A stretch of 64,000 nucleotides of DNA from Promethearchaeota archaeon (GTDB lineage: Archaea; Asgardarchaeota; Lokiarchaeia; Sigyniarchaeales; SOKP01), in assembly GCA_019058365.1 (NCBI GenBank), contig JAHPZE010000012.1:43017-107016 (forward strand), read 5' to 3'. The stretch's first letter is position 1. Every line of letters starts with the position of its first letter. Under the pieces are notes generated by a model that saw only the letters and a list, made by a program, of their open reading frames with translations, was not told the origin of the DNA and did no database searches. Positions 1 through 9,631 of this stretch are shown here, piece by piece. Position numbers and translations under genes: made by a program.

Positions 1-1
1 A

Positions 2-367
2 TGTACACGAAAATGCCCTACGGGAGCGATTCCAACCGATCGTTTTCTACTTCGAGCTGAACGATGTATTACATATCATAATGAACAACCTGGGGATGTT
101 CCTTTTCCAGAATGGATTGATCCAAAAGGGCATAACTGTTTAGTAGGGTGCTTGCATTGTCAAAAAGTATGTCCTGCTAATAAGAAAGTTAGAAATTGGA
201 CTGAACCAGGACCAGAATTTAGTGAAGAAGAAACAAAACTAATAATGAATGAAATAAAATTCGATGATCTTCCCACAGAAACTAAGAATAAATTTGAAAA
301 ATTTGAATTTGTTAATTATTTCGAGGTTTTTCACCGAAACCTAACTCCTTTTTTTAATAAAACTTAG
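2..367 (+). CDS. Epoxyqueuosine reductase (QueG)-like 4Fe-4S protein, C-terminal part (5' end outside the window)
   Basis: Frame is open from nt 2: CTRKCPTGAI...RAERCITYHNE...HNCLVGCLHCQKVCP, the QueG/reductive-dehalogenase double-cluster pattern. The ORF-track start at 152 is internal. Confidence 0.7.
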   Translation, partial: CTRKCPTGAIPTDRFLLRAERCITYHNEQPGDVPFPEWIDPKGHNCLVGCLHCQKVCPANKKVRNWTEPGPEFSEEETKLIMNEIKFDDLPTETKNKFEKFEFVNYFEVFHRNLTPFFNKT

Positions 368-468
368 GAAATAAAATTTCTTTAAAAAAGATTTTTTTCT
401 AAAATTGTAAATATAATGGAACATAAAAAAAAAAGGATTTTGGCTAATTTTGCTTTTATTTGATTGAA

Positions 469-795
469 CTAATCTTCTGGCATTGATAAACCGATCATTG
501 GTAAGGCATCTACTCCAGAAAGGAATGTCTCTATTTTGTAACTAAAACCTGGAACATCTGAATATATAAGATTCATATTTGTAATGCGTTTAAGCATTTC
601 ATCATATTTTCCTTCTTTAACTTCTGTTGCGGAGATTGATTTGATTCCTTTATGGGTGGCTTTAACTGCAACACGGATGAGTGATTTTTCTAATGATCTA
701 TCCATTGGATATTTTTTCACTATCTCAAGATATTTCTCGGCAATAGTTTTTTCTTTACCATAGGGGATATAGGATGTTGTAAGAATTATAACCAT
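469..795 (-). CDS. Hypothetical small alpha/beta protein
   Basis: 108 aa ORF with typical codon usage and no catalytic motif recognised. Confidence 0.75.
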   Translation of the reverse strand: MVIILTTSYIPYGKEKTIAEKYLEIVKKYPMDRSLEKSLIRVAVKATHKGIKSISATEVKEGKYDEMLKRITNMNLIYSDVPGFSYKIETFLSGVDALPMIGLSMPED

Positions 796-966
796 TAATT
801 TCGCCTCTATTTAATAAATATTTTTAAAAATTAGATTTCAGAGTAATATTCATATGTTTTAATTCAATTTAAACGTTATTAGGAAAACTATTCAATGCTT
901 TCAGTAATTAATTTTCTAGAAAAGGAGTTTTCAAAAACTAAATTAATATTCTGATGGAGTAAATAT

Positions 967-1467
967 TCACCATTCATATCTGCATTTAGTACAAGATTTC
1001 TTTTTTGCGTATATACGTCTTGGAGTATAGCTAATTACATTGGATTTATCATCTATTTCTCTTATAGCAAATCCCATAGCACCACAATTAGGGCATACTC
1101 TTTTATTAATTCTAGAATCGTCGCTTATAGAATGTGAATCCTCTAACTTTTCTGAGAGAGATGGTGGAGTAAATGATTGCTGTTTTGGAGGAAAAGATGG
1201 CGGAGTGTAAGATAACTCAACTGGAGGCGGTGGTTTATAAGACTCCTGACTTGGTGGAGGAGTTGGAGTTGATTTGTGCATTAATTCTTGAATTTTAACA
1301 AGCAATTTTTGATTTTCCTTGGCTAGTTGAGCTATTTGATGATCTTTTTCAGCAACAAGTGCTTGATAAAAATGAATCTTAGAAAATAATTCTGTTATTT
1401 GATCTGATAATTTATTAATCGTAACTTCATATTCAGATATAGGTTCCTCTGGGTTGTTATACATCAC
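967..1467 (-). CDS. Coiled-coil + proline-rich linker + C-terminal Zn-ribbon protein
   Basis: Heptad-like N-terminus, Pro-rich linker PTPPPS/KPPPPV/PPSFPP, then CPNCG...CTKC. Confidence 0.8.
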   Translation of the reverse strand: MMYNNPEEPISEYEVTINKLSDQITELFSKIHFYQALVAEKDHQIAQLAKENQKLLVKIQELMHKSTPTPPPSQESYKPPPPVELSYTPPSFPPKQQSFTPPSLSEKLEDSHSISDDSRINKRVCPNCGAMGFAIREIDDKSNVISYTPRRIYAKKKSCTKCRYEW

Positions 1468-1685
1468 AATTCATACTCCTCATTCTTAACAATATTGTCG
1501 GGTCTTTCTATTGTACTTAGTTTGATTTAATATATAAATGTTTTCGGAGTGAAATTTTCGAAAAATAGATATTAATATGAGCTTTATAAATGTCGAGCTT
1601 AACATTTGCTTCAGAGTAATAACATTTAAAAAAACTATAATGTATTTTACTATATTAAAGAATTCAAAATAGAAAGTGATTTATA

Positions 1686-2741
1686 ATGTCTAAATTAAAT
1701 GATTCTTCAATTAAAGAATTGGAAAATCAAATTAAAACTCTTGAGAACAATCTACAAGAATTGAGAAATGAATTTATTAAAAAAACTGGGCAATTACCCT
1801 CAAGAAATTTAAGAGATTTCAGCTGGAAATGGACAATTTTCGTAACTCTGGGTTTTGCGTTTATATCAAGTATTGTCTATCTTTTAGGTATAGCAAAAGT
1901 TGGTATCTCAGAAAATACGGGTATTCCATCATTCTTTTTTCATACTGATTTAGCATATTTTAACATTCTCACTCTTTATGTTATTATCATGGTATTAATA
2001 GTTCAATCAAATAAAATTAACGGATATCAAACACTAGTGCTGATTTCAGGTTTTTGGTGCGCTCATTGGTTAATTTATGACTGGTCATGGTGGACTCTTA
2101 GAATTGGGATGGGTACAATTAACTTAGACGGTTTCTGGATACGTGGATTAGGATCTCCAATAGTCGTACCTCATCCTTCAATGGGGATGTTCTTATTATG
2201 GGCTATCTTAGGAGGGATAATGGCTTTATATACCTTCACAATACCCAAAAATTATATTGAACTTTTGCCTCCTACGATTTGGTTATATACCGGATATCCC
2301 AACGCAAGTATTTGTGAGATGATAGGTATATCAGATGATATTATATTGATTATTGGGATAATACTTATAGTTATATCATTTTCTATAGGTGGATTCTTTA
2401 CATATCGAAGATTCAAGGGCAGATCTATAGAATATCATAAAAAACGAGACGAAATTAAAAATAGCTTTAAAAGAGAAAATCTAAATTTTGATCCACTTAC
2501 ACTGCCTTGGATTTTTATTATAGCAGGAATGTTGATATTTATGTATCTTTTTCTTGTATTGATACCTGTAATAGGATTATTCTTAGGGTTTATTTCGTGG
2601 ATGCTGATTCCGCTTTTTTATATACTCTTCAAAGGATCAAGTGCACTAAAGTATAGAAAGACAGTTCAAATAACAATTGCTATTACCTTAATTATATCAA
2701 TAATAGTGATAATGTATGGTATACATATGTGGCTCCTTTAA
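1686..2741 (+). CDS. Multi-pass membrane protein with N-terminal coiled coil, unknown function
   Basis: About 9 hydrophobic segments, N-terminal IKELENQIKTLENNLQEL. Confidence 0.8.
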   Translation: MSKLNDSSIKELENQIKTLENNLQELRNEFIKKTGQLPSRNLRDFSWKWTIFVTLGFAFISSIVYLLGIAKVGISENTGIPSFFFHTDLAYFNILTLYVIIMVLIVQSNKINGYQTLVLISGFWCAHWLIYDWSWWTLRIGMGTINLDGFWIRGLGSPIVVPHPSMGMFLLWAILGGIMALYTFTIPKNYIELLPPTIWLYTGYPNASICEMIGISDDIILIIGIILIVISFSIGGFFTYRRFKGRSIEYHKKRDEIKNSFKRENLNFDPLTLPWIFIIAGMLIFMYLFLVLIPVIGLFLGFISWMLIPLFYILFKGSSALKYRKTVQITIAITLIISIIVIMYGIHMWLL

Positions 2742-2858
2742 ATACTACATAAGATTTTTTAATAATTCTTTAAAATTTTGGATTATTTAAACACAAAGTT
2801 ATTAATTTATTAATTCAATTAGAATCAGATTTCAAAAATGCTCATCCAATAAATTTTT

Positions 2859-3116
2859 CTATTTTTCGCTTAATAACCTATTTCTTGAAAACCTTAAAGC
2901 AATTATTATTAATATTACACCTAAAATCAAAAAACTCATAGAATTAAAAACCTCCGCAGCTTCAGCTCTCCAAAAAATCTGAGATCCTACTAATTCTGGC
3001 ATAAATCCTTGAATATAGTGAAAATGTAGTTCACTTATAAATGATAATATTATTAATAAAATTCCGAAAAATAAAATCACTTTTTCAGCTGAGTTATATT
3101 TCATTTTTCCTTTCAT
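2859..3116 (-). CDS. Small 2-TM membrane protein, coupled to the staygreen gene
   Basis: Two hydrophobic helices; overlaps the 3' end of the upstream gene. Confidence 0.65.
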   Translation of the reverse strand: MKGKMKYNSAEKVILFFGILLIILSFISELHFHYIQGFMPELVGSQIFWRAEAAEVFNSMSFLILGVILIIIALRFSRNRLLSEK

Positions 3117-3612
3117 CCTTTACTATATTAACAATGTTCTCTTTCATTTTTCCAAAATTTTCAATCTTATTGTATTTCTTATTTTTTGATTGAAAATGAA
3201 CATAGATTTGTGATTCTTTTAGATGTGGAAAATTTTCAATTAATTTCTTTTCTCCATGTATAATGGTTTGAAACACAAGTGGTAAGTGACTACGAAATAT
3301 TCTATCTCGCATACTCGCCCATCCAAATAGTAATCCTCCACTCACGTGAATATAGAAATGTAATTCAAGGTGATCATTTGTCATTAGCCATTCAGCTAAA
3401 ACTTCGTCTCTCATAAAGCGAGTATAAAAGCTGGATATTTGTTTTAAATCATAGTCATCACTTATAGTCAAGAATAGATCTCCCGTTGAATCAGAATGAG
3501 TTAAAGTATATCTTCGCGGTAATTTTAAATTATTAGATTCTACCGAGGCTTTAAACACTACTTTTAGTTTCTCAGGATTAAAATCTACCATTAGTAAGTC
3601 TAAAATAATCAA
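3094..3612 (-). CDS. Staygreen (SGR / Mg-dechelatase) family protein; likely start ATG 3591
   Basis: FNPEKL, PRRYTLTHSDSTGDLFLTI, RDEVLAEW, HVSGG, RxxIFxxxLP, VHFQS: all SGR family motifs. Confidence 0.9.
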   Translation of the reverse strand: MIILDLLMVDFNPEKLKVVFKASVESNNLKLPRRYTLTHSDSTGDLFLTISDDYDLKQISSFYTRFMRDEVLAEWLMTNDHLELHFYIHVSGGLLFGWASMRDRIFRSHLPLVFQTIIHGEKKLIENFPHLKESQIYVHFQSKNKKYNKIENFGKMKENIVNIVKDERKNEI

Positions 3613-3726
3613 AAATGATGTTTAAACGTTTTTTTTATTAAATATTACTATAAACTATTTAAAATTGTTTTTAATTTAGGATTGTATTATATATTAAAAA
3701 TAAATTTACTAACCTAGATGTTATGA

Positions 3727-4548
3727 ATGAACACTCTAAAAGGTAAAACAATTTTTATTACAGGTGCTAGTAGAGGGATAGGAAGAACTATAGCTTTACG
3801 GGCCGCAGCAGATGGAGCTAATATTGCAGTAGTCGCTAAGACTAAAGAACCTCATCCAAAATTACCAGGAACAGTGTATACTACTGTAAAAGATATTGAA
3901 CACGTCGGAGGTAATGCAATCCCATGTATAACAGATATAAGATTTGAAGATCAGATTCAAACTGCTATTGATGCCACTGTTGATAGATTTGGAGGGATAG
4001 ATATCCTTGTGAATAATGCCAGTGCGATAAATTTATCTCCAACTTTAGAAATTGGGATGAAGAGATATGATCTTATGTTTTCTGTTAATGTACGAGGGAC
4101 TTTTTTATGTTCAAAGTTATGTATTCCGTATCTAAAAGACGCAGAGAATCCTCATATTTTGAATCTATCTCCTCCTCTAAATATGAACCCAAAATGGTTT
4201 AAAAATAATCTAGCTTATACTATGGCTAAATACGGAATGAGTATGTGTGTTTTGGGGATGGCAGAAGAATTTAAAAAAGATGGGATTGCAGTTAATGCGT
4301 TATGGCCAAAAACGTCTATAGCTACTGCAGCTGTGAGAAATTTATTAGGTGGCGAATCAGCAGTTAAACATTCGAGAAAACCAGAAATTGTAGCAGATGC
4401 TGCTTATCTAATTTTAACTAAACCAAGTAAAGAATATACGGGTAACTTTTTCATTGATGAAGAAATTCTACTTGAGCATGGGATAACTGATTTTGAGAAA
4501 TATTCAGTTGATCCTAATTCGAAATTATACCTTGATTTCTTTCTATAA
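3727..4548 (+). CDS. Short-chain dehydrogenase, HSDL2/AtuG-like
   Basis: TGASRGIG, PHPKLPGT, NNASAI, YTMAKYGMS, NALWP. Confidence 0.9.
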   Translation: MNTLKGKTIFITGASRGIGRTIALRAAADGANIAVVAKTKEPHPKLPGTVYTTVKDIEHVGGNAIPCITDIRFEDQIQTAIDATVDRFGGIDILVNNASAINLSPTLEIGMKRYDLMFSVNVRGTFLCSKLCIPYLKDAENPHILNLSPPLNMNPKWFKNNLAYTMAKYGMSMCVLGMAEEFKKDGIAVNALWPKTSIATAAVRNLLGGESAVKHSRKPEIVADAAYLILTKPSKEYTGNFFIDEEILLEHGITDFEKYSVDPNSKLYLDFFL

Positions 4549-4574
4549 TAAAAAAAATAAGAAAAGAATTAAAA

Positions 4575-5468
4575 TTAAGGATTGTTTTTTATAAACTCCA
4601 CTATTAGGTTGGCTAGTTCAGGACCCTTATCTTCTTGGATAAAGTGACCAGCATTTTTAATTGTAGTATGATTTTGTCCTTGAGCACCTGGAATACTTTC
4701 TTGCCAAAATTTATCTCCCCCTCTTGTAATTGGATCACTATCAGAAAAAGCGGTTAAAAATGGTTTTTTCCATTGAAAGAACTGTTCCCATGCTTTTTTA
4801 TTCGCCATGTGCTCTGGATCTTCTTTAGTAGTTGGAACCAATGAAGGCATAACTCTTGCTCCCGCTTTAAAAGTATCATCCGGAAACGGGGCATCGTACG
4901 CTTTAATCACATTACTAGGCAATTTAGTAACTGTAGCCCCTTGTATTATCTTTCCTATATCAAATTTCGATGAAGTTTTAGAAAACTCTTGCCATTCTAA
5001 AAAAGCTTTACCCATCTTCTGTTCTCCTGTGGGTAATCCTCCATTCGATAAAATAATCCTCTTAAAACGTTCTTGATTCTCAATAGCAACTCTTAAACCT
5101 ATTAATGAACCCCAATCTTGGCAAAATAAAGTAATATTTTTGAGATCAAGCAGATTTACCATTTTTGTTATCCACACCACATGCTTACGGTAAGAATGAT
5201 CACTTTGTTCAGTTGGTTTATCAGATCGTCCAAATCCTACTAAATCAGGTGCTACTGTTCTGTAACCCGCTTGTATTAGAATTGGGATCATATGTCTATA
5301 TAAAAAGGACCATGAAGGTTCTCCATGCATGAGAAGGATGCTTTCAACATCTTTTGGTCCTTCATCTATATAATGAATCCTAACTCCGTCAACATTTAAA
5401 TAATTAGGTTTAAATGGAAAATTTGGGAGATTCTTAAACTTTTTCTCCGGAGTGCGTAATAATTTCAT
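4575..5468 (-). CDS. Haloalkane dehalogenase (alpha/beta hydrolase)
   Basis: LLRTP start, HGEPSWS, PDLVGFGRSDKP, QDWG nucleophile, FSDSD, GHFIQED. Confidence 0.9.
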   Translation of the reverse strand: MKLLRTPEKKFKNLPNFPFKPNYLNVDGVRIHYIDEGPKDVESILLMHGEPSWSFLYRHMIPILIQAGYRTVAPDLVGFGRSDKPTEQSDHSYRKHVVWITKMVNLLDLKNITLFCQDWGSLIGLRVAIENQERFKRIILSNGGLPTGEQKMGKAFLEWQEFSKTSSKFDIGKIIQGATVTKLPSNVIKAYDAPFPDDTFKAGARVMPSLVPTTKEDPEHMANKKAWEQFFQWKKPFLTAFSDSDPITRGGDKFWQESIPGAQGQNHTTIKNAGHFIQEDKGPELANLIVEFIKNNP

Positions 5469-5607
5469 ATAAATTTCTTCTCTTTGTTAATTATTAAAAT
5501 TATTAAATCTTAGCTATCTTTTAAATTACAATTAATTTGTTTAAATTTGAATTTAGATGATATTAAGCAGGTGAAATCAGAAAATTAAAAATAAGAAACC
5601 ATTTTTG

Positions 5608-5633
5608 TGATAAATTTCTTATCAAAAAGATAA
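5608..5633. promoter_or_regulatory. Overlapping GATAA inverted repeats upstream of the AbiEi-like gene (possible operator)
   Basis: TGATAA-n5-TTATCA (5608-5624) overlapping TTATC-n5-GATAA (5619-5633). Confidence 0.3.
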
Positions 5634-5724
5634 AAAGGCATGATATCTTAATTAAAATTGTAGTGAAAATTATTAGTCATAATTTATCGCTTTTTTAAAT
5701 TCAATTAAATTTTGAGACATATTT

Positions 5725-6360
5725 ATGATTCGCGTTCTAGATCAATTAGGTAAAGATAATAAAGATTTTTTTACTTCTGATGAATTAAAAAAACATTGCG
5801 ATGATTTGTATATCGATTATAGGCGCACAATGGATTATCTTGTTTCTCGTGGACATTTAGTCCAGATTATTGAAGATATTTATTATGTGAAAACCATTAA
5901 AGAAATTAGTAAAAACCAGTTAAGATATTCAATTTTAGAATTTGTGGCGAAAGGATTAAAATTAAAACGAATTAATAATTGGTATTTTGGGCTTTACACC
6001 GCATTAAATATAAACAAAATTAGCCACGATCATCAAGATGAATTTTTGTACTTAATTAATGATCATATTTTAAACGAACAACCTATAAAGATTTTAGGTA
6101 AAGATTTTAGGTTTTTAAGATTCAAAAACGCTTTTTTCAATTTTGGTATTATAAAAAACAAAATCAGATATTCTGATCATGAAAAAACGATTTTAGATTT
6201 AATTTATTTATGGGAATCTAATCATATCAATGAAAATAGAATATATATTGAGGTGTCTAAATTATTGGAAGGAATATCTGAAGAAAAAATATTGCAATAT
6301 GCCCAATATTATCCGGATTCTAATCAAAAACTATTGAAAAAAGCTTTGAATAAATCATAA
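5725..6360 (+). CDS. AbiEi-like (type IV toxin-antitoxin antitoxin / transcriptional regulator) protein
   Basis: N-terminal wHTH (YLVSRGHLVQIIEDIYYV), WYFGLYTAL, YSDHEKTILDLIYL. Confidence 0.7.
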   Translation: MIRVLDQLGKDNKDFFTSDELKKHCDDLYIDYRRTMDYLVSRGHLVQIIEDIYYVKTIKEISKNQLRYSILEFVAKGLKLKRINNWYFGLYTALNINKISHDHQDEFLYLINDHILNEQPIKILGKDFRFLRFKNAFFNFGIIKNKIRYSDHEKTILDLIYLWESNHINENRIYIEVSKLLEGISEEKILQYAQYYPDSNQKLLKKALNKS

Positions 6361-6363
6361 ACT

Positions 6364-6861
6364 TTATTTTTTAAATGGATTTGGAATCCATTTTCGTACT
6401 CTCTTTTTATATTGTATATACTCATCACCAAACATATTTTCAAGTATGTTTTCTTCAAAATTTGCCATCCAATTATAGACTAAGAACACTAGAATGAAGA
6501 AAGCGATGCTAATCAATGAAATGGACAAAAATATAAATGCTACATAAATTAATAGTATTCCAGAATACATCGGATTTCTCACATAACCAAGAATTCCGTT
6601 GGTAATCAATGAGTCAGGCGGTTTGTGTGATTTAAATAAAATTCGATGGGATAATTCTATAAAGATAAGAGCAATACAAAGAACTGATATAAATAATATT
6701 AACCGAATAATAAAAGGTACAAAATCGTTTAAAATTGTCGATATTTTAAGTATGTTTGAGTCTAAAAACCATATTAATATAAAGACTATTGGTATTACCG
6801 CATGATATATATGTCCATGTGGTATTTCTCGCTCATGGCCTTCATGTCTTTTTAAATTCAT
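6364..6861 (-). CDS. Isoprenylcysteine carboxyl methyltransferase (ICMT/Ste14/PEMT) family membrane protein
   Basis: LITNGILGYVRNPMYSG, EENILENMFGDEYIQYKKRVRKWIP. Confidence 0.85.
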   Translation of the reverse strand: MNLKRHEGHEREIPHGHIYHAVIPIVFILIWFLDSNILKISTILNDFVPFIIRLILFISVLCIALIFIELSHRILFKSHKPPDSLITNGILGYVRNPMYSGILLIYVAFIFLSISLISIAFFILVFLVYNWMANFEENILENMFGDEYIQYKKRVRKWIPNPFKK

Positions 6862-7037
6862 TTTTAATCCATTATTTGTAGACTTTTATATTCTAGATTT
6901 TACAGTTTATTATTTATTTTTTATATAGACCAATTTTTCATATTTTCTTATAATCTATTCATACTCATAATTATAGATATTGAATTTATTGAATTAAAAC
7001 ATAAATATCTTATGAAGAACTCAGACATAAATAATTT

Positions 7038-7808
7038 TTATAGTAAATCTAAACTTATTACCATTACAATCATTCCAAGGATGATTCCTATTATTGAAAG
7101 ATGTTCAAATCCGCAATCTCGAGACGCAGGAAGCAATTCATCAAGAGAAATGTAAACCATAAATCCTCCCACACCAGCAAGCATTATGCCTAATATAAAA
7201 TCATTAATGAAGGGAAAGAGGATTAATCCGACAATTAAAGCACCAATTGGTTCACTTATTCCTGAAATGAATGACCAGAAGAAAGCTTTTTTTCTATTCT
7301 TTGTTGAAGAATAAATTGGGACTGCTACTGCGATACCTTCAGGAATATTATGGAGTGCTATAGCAAAGCATAATATAATACCGAGATCGATGTTTTTTAT
7401 GGTAGCTACAAAAGTTGCCATACCCTCTGGGAAATTATGAATAAAAATACCAAGGGTGACGAGTAATGATGTTTTCTGTAATTTATTTTCAAAATTGCCT
7501 TTTTTATCTTCAAATTCGTATTTATGGGAAATTGAAATGTCAATTATTAACATTAGAAACATTCCAATTAAAAAAAATGTATTTCCTAATAAGAAACCCA
7601 ATGACTTAATACCCTCTTGCAGTAATTCTACAAAAGAAATAAATATCATTACTCCAGCAGAAAAACCCATAATAAGGGAGATAAACTTCTTGCTAGGTTC
7701 TTTAACAATAAGAGCAAAAACACTACCTATAGTTGTGGATAAACCTGCGATTGAAGTCAAAATAAGTGCAAATAAAAAAGCTTCCATAATTATTTTCCGT
7801 GTATACAA
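7038..7808 (-). CDS. zupT: ZIP-family zinc transporter ZupT
   Basis: AGLSTTIG, GFSAGVMIFISFVELL, HNFPEG, HNIPEGIAVAVP, SLDELLP. Confidence 0.9.
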   Translation of the reverse strand: MYTRKIIMEAFLFALILTSIAGLSTTIGSVFALIVKEPSKKFISLIMGFSAGVMIFISFVELLQEGIKSLGFLLGNTFFLIGMFLMLIIDISISHKYEFEDKKGNFENKLQKTSLLVTLGIFIHNFPEGMATFVATIKNIDLGIILCFAIALHNIPEGIAVAVPIYSSTKNRKKAFFWSFISGISEPIGALIVGLILFPFINDFILGIMLAGVGGFMVYISLDELLPASRDCGFEHLSIIGIILGMIVMVISLDLL

Positions 7809-7858
7809 ATAGGTCTTATGTATTTAAATAAATTTTATTTTCTATTGCGTTTTAGTAT

Positions 7859-8500
7859 TTATAATTTTTTCATACTAATCGCAGTAATCCAACCTTTGTT
7901 ATATTCTTCAAAAATTTGGATATTAGAAAATCCTGCTTGTTCTAAAAATTCTTTATACTCTTCTGGAGTATGGATAGGAAAATTTCCTAACTTTGACCAC
8001 TTTTCAGCTCCTTTCCTTCTTTTTTGATTATTACATTTGTATCCTTCATTAACTAAGATAAAATGCCCATTTGGTTTAAGAATTCTATATATTTCTCTTA
8101 GATCTCTTGTTAAATCTGGCCAGAAGTAATATGCCTCAAAACCGCTAACTAAATTGAAGAAATCATCTGGGAAAGGGAGAGATGACACAGAACCTTGGGA
8201 AATTTCAACAATTCCTTGTATAATATATCTTTTATTAATTTCTGTACTTACATTTACAGCAGTTCTAGAATAATCTATTCCAAAAATCTTTCCATTTAAT
8301 ATCATTTTCGCATAACGTTCTATATTTCCCCCGCCACCACATCCAATATCTAAAATTTTATCGTTTGGATCTATCTTAACATGTGATAAACCCCATGCTG
8401 CTAACTTTGCATGACCTTTATTCATACCTTTTGCTATTATTTTTCCTAGCCTTCCAGAAGGCTTTCTTACTTGGTCAACTAATTTTTGTTTAAAACCCAT
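7859..8500 (-). CDS. Class I SAM-dependent methyltransferase
   Basis: ILDIGCGGG, GSVSSLPF, YFWPDL, LKPNG. Confidence 0.9.
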   Translation of the reverse strand: MGFKQKLVDQVRKPSGRLGKIIAKGMNKGHAKLAAWGLSHVKIDPNDKILDIGCGGGGNIERYAKMILNGKIFGIDYSRTAVNVSTEINKRYIIQGIVEISQGSVSSLPFPDDFFNLVSGFEAYYFWPDLTRDLREIYRILKPNGHFILVNEGYKCNNQKRRKGAEKWSKLGNFPIHTPEEYKEFLEQAGFSNIQIFEEYNKGWITAISMKKL

Positions 8501-8529
8501 TTTGAGATAATCATCTGTTTTATAACTAA

Positions 8530-9294
8530 TTATTTGATTCCATATAACAAACCCATTGTTTTAAGTTCAAATTTCAATAAATTCGGCATTGGTATCTCAT
8601 AAGCAGTTTCAATAAAATTAACCTCCTCAACACCCCATTCCTTAATATCTCTTATTAATTCTTCAATATTACCATATTTTTTTTCATTTTTTAATGTATC
8701 TTGTAGAGAAAATACCCCTCCTTTCTTCAAAACTCGAAAGGACTCACTAATGAGTTTTTTTTTATCTCTAATATCCCGAACTTCATGATATACAAAATTA
8801 CTTACAATTGCATCAAATTCACCATCTTTATAAGGCAACTTAGAAGCACTTGCTTTTTGAAATACAACTTGGTTTTCTACACCCTCAAGTTTGGCATTTT
8901 CTTCACATTTGAGTTTAGAATAATTCCATGATTTTCCCCAATAATCAATTCCCCAAACAGTACATTCAGGAAATCTCTTCGCAAGCTCTATTGCTAATGC
9001 TCCTGCTCCTGTACCGACATCGAGTGCTTTTCCCCGTCCATTCCAAGGTAACTTTTGGATAACTAAATTCCAAACCTTGTATTGGAGCTCTTTATTATGT
9101 GCTGAAAATTGATAATATAAATATATTAAGTAGGAGAAAGGCAAAAGAAGTAATCCTACTATTATCCATAATATTATTCTAACGACTAGAAAAATAGGAA
9201 ATAATGTGGGAATTAAAACAATTAGAATAATTCCTAATATCGTATATAATAAATTTAGTGGTACCCAATTTCCATAATTTGCTAATTTGTTCAT
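8530..9294 (-). CDS. Class I SAM-dependent methyltransferase with N-terminal TM hairpin
   Basis: NYGNWVP, ALDVGTGAG, GIDYW, SNFVYHEV, VLKKGG. Confidence 0.9.
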   Translation of the reverse strand: MNKLANYGNWVPLNLLYTILGIILIVLIPTLFPIFLVVRIILWIIVGLLLLPFSYLIYLYYQFSAHNKELQYKVWNLVIQKLPWNGRGKALDVGTGAGALAIELAKRFPECTVWGIDYWGKSWNYSKLKCEENAKLEGVENQVVFQKASASKLPYKDGEFDAIVSNFVYHEVRDIRDKKKLISESFRVLKKGGVFSLQDTLKNEKKYGNIEELIRDIKEWGVEEVNFIETAYEIPMPNLLKFELKTMGLLYGIK

Positions 9295-9631
9295 GTTTTT
9301 TCAAATCATTTTAAAAATTCTTATTAAAATCTATAATTACAGTACTAAGTAATTAATAATTTTCCTCAAATTTAAATTTAGTCATGCCTAATTTATATAA
9401 AAAAACATTATAATAATTAAGAGAAATATAAAGATACATTAAAACTTAAATTAATATTTAAAAAATTGAATATTAATTTAATTAATTTCCCATAATGGTT
9501 AAAATTGTTAGGATTATAAATGAAAAAAGGCTTCTCTTAAATTTGAGCCTATTCGACCTAATAATTACTTATTTATTAACTTAGATAACGGAAAATAAGA
9601 AAACTACACAATATTAGAAATAAGAACATAA

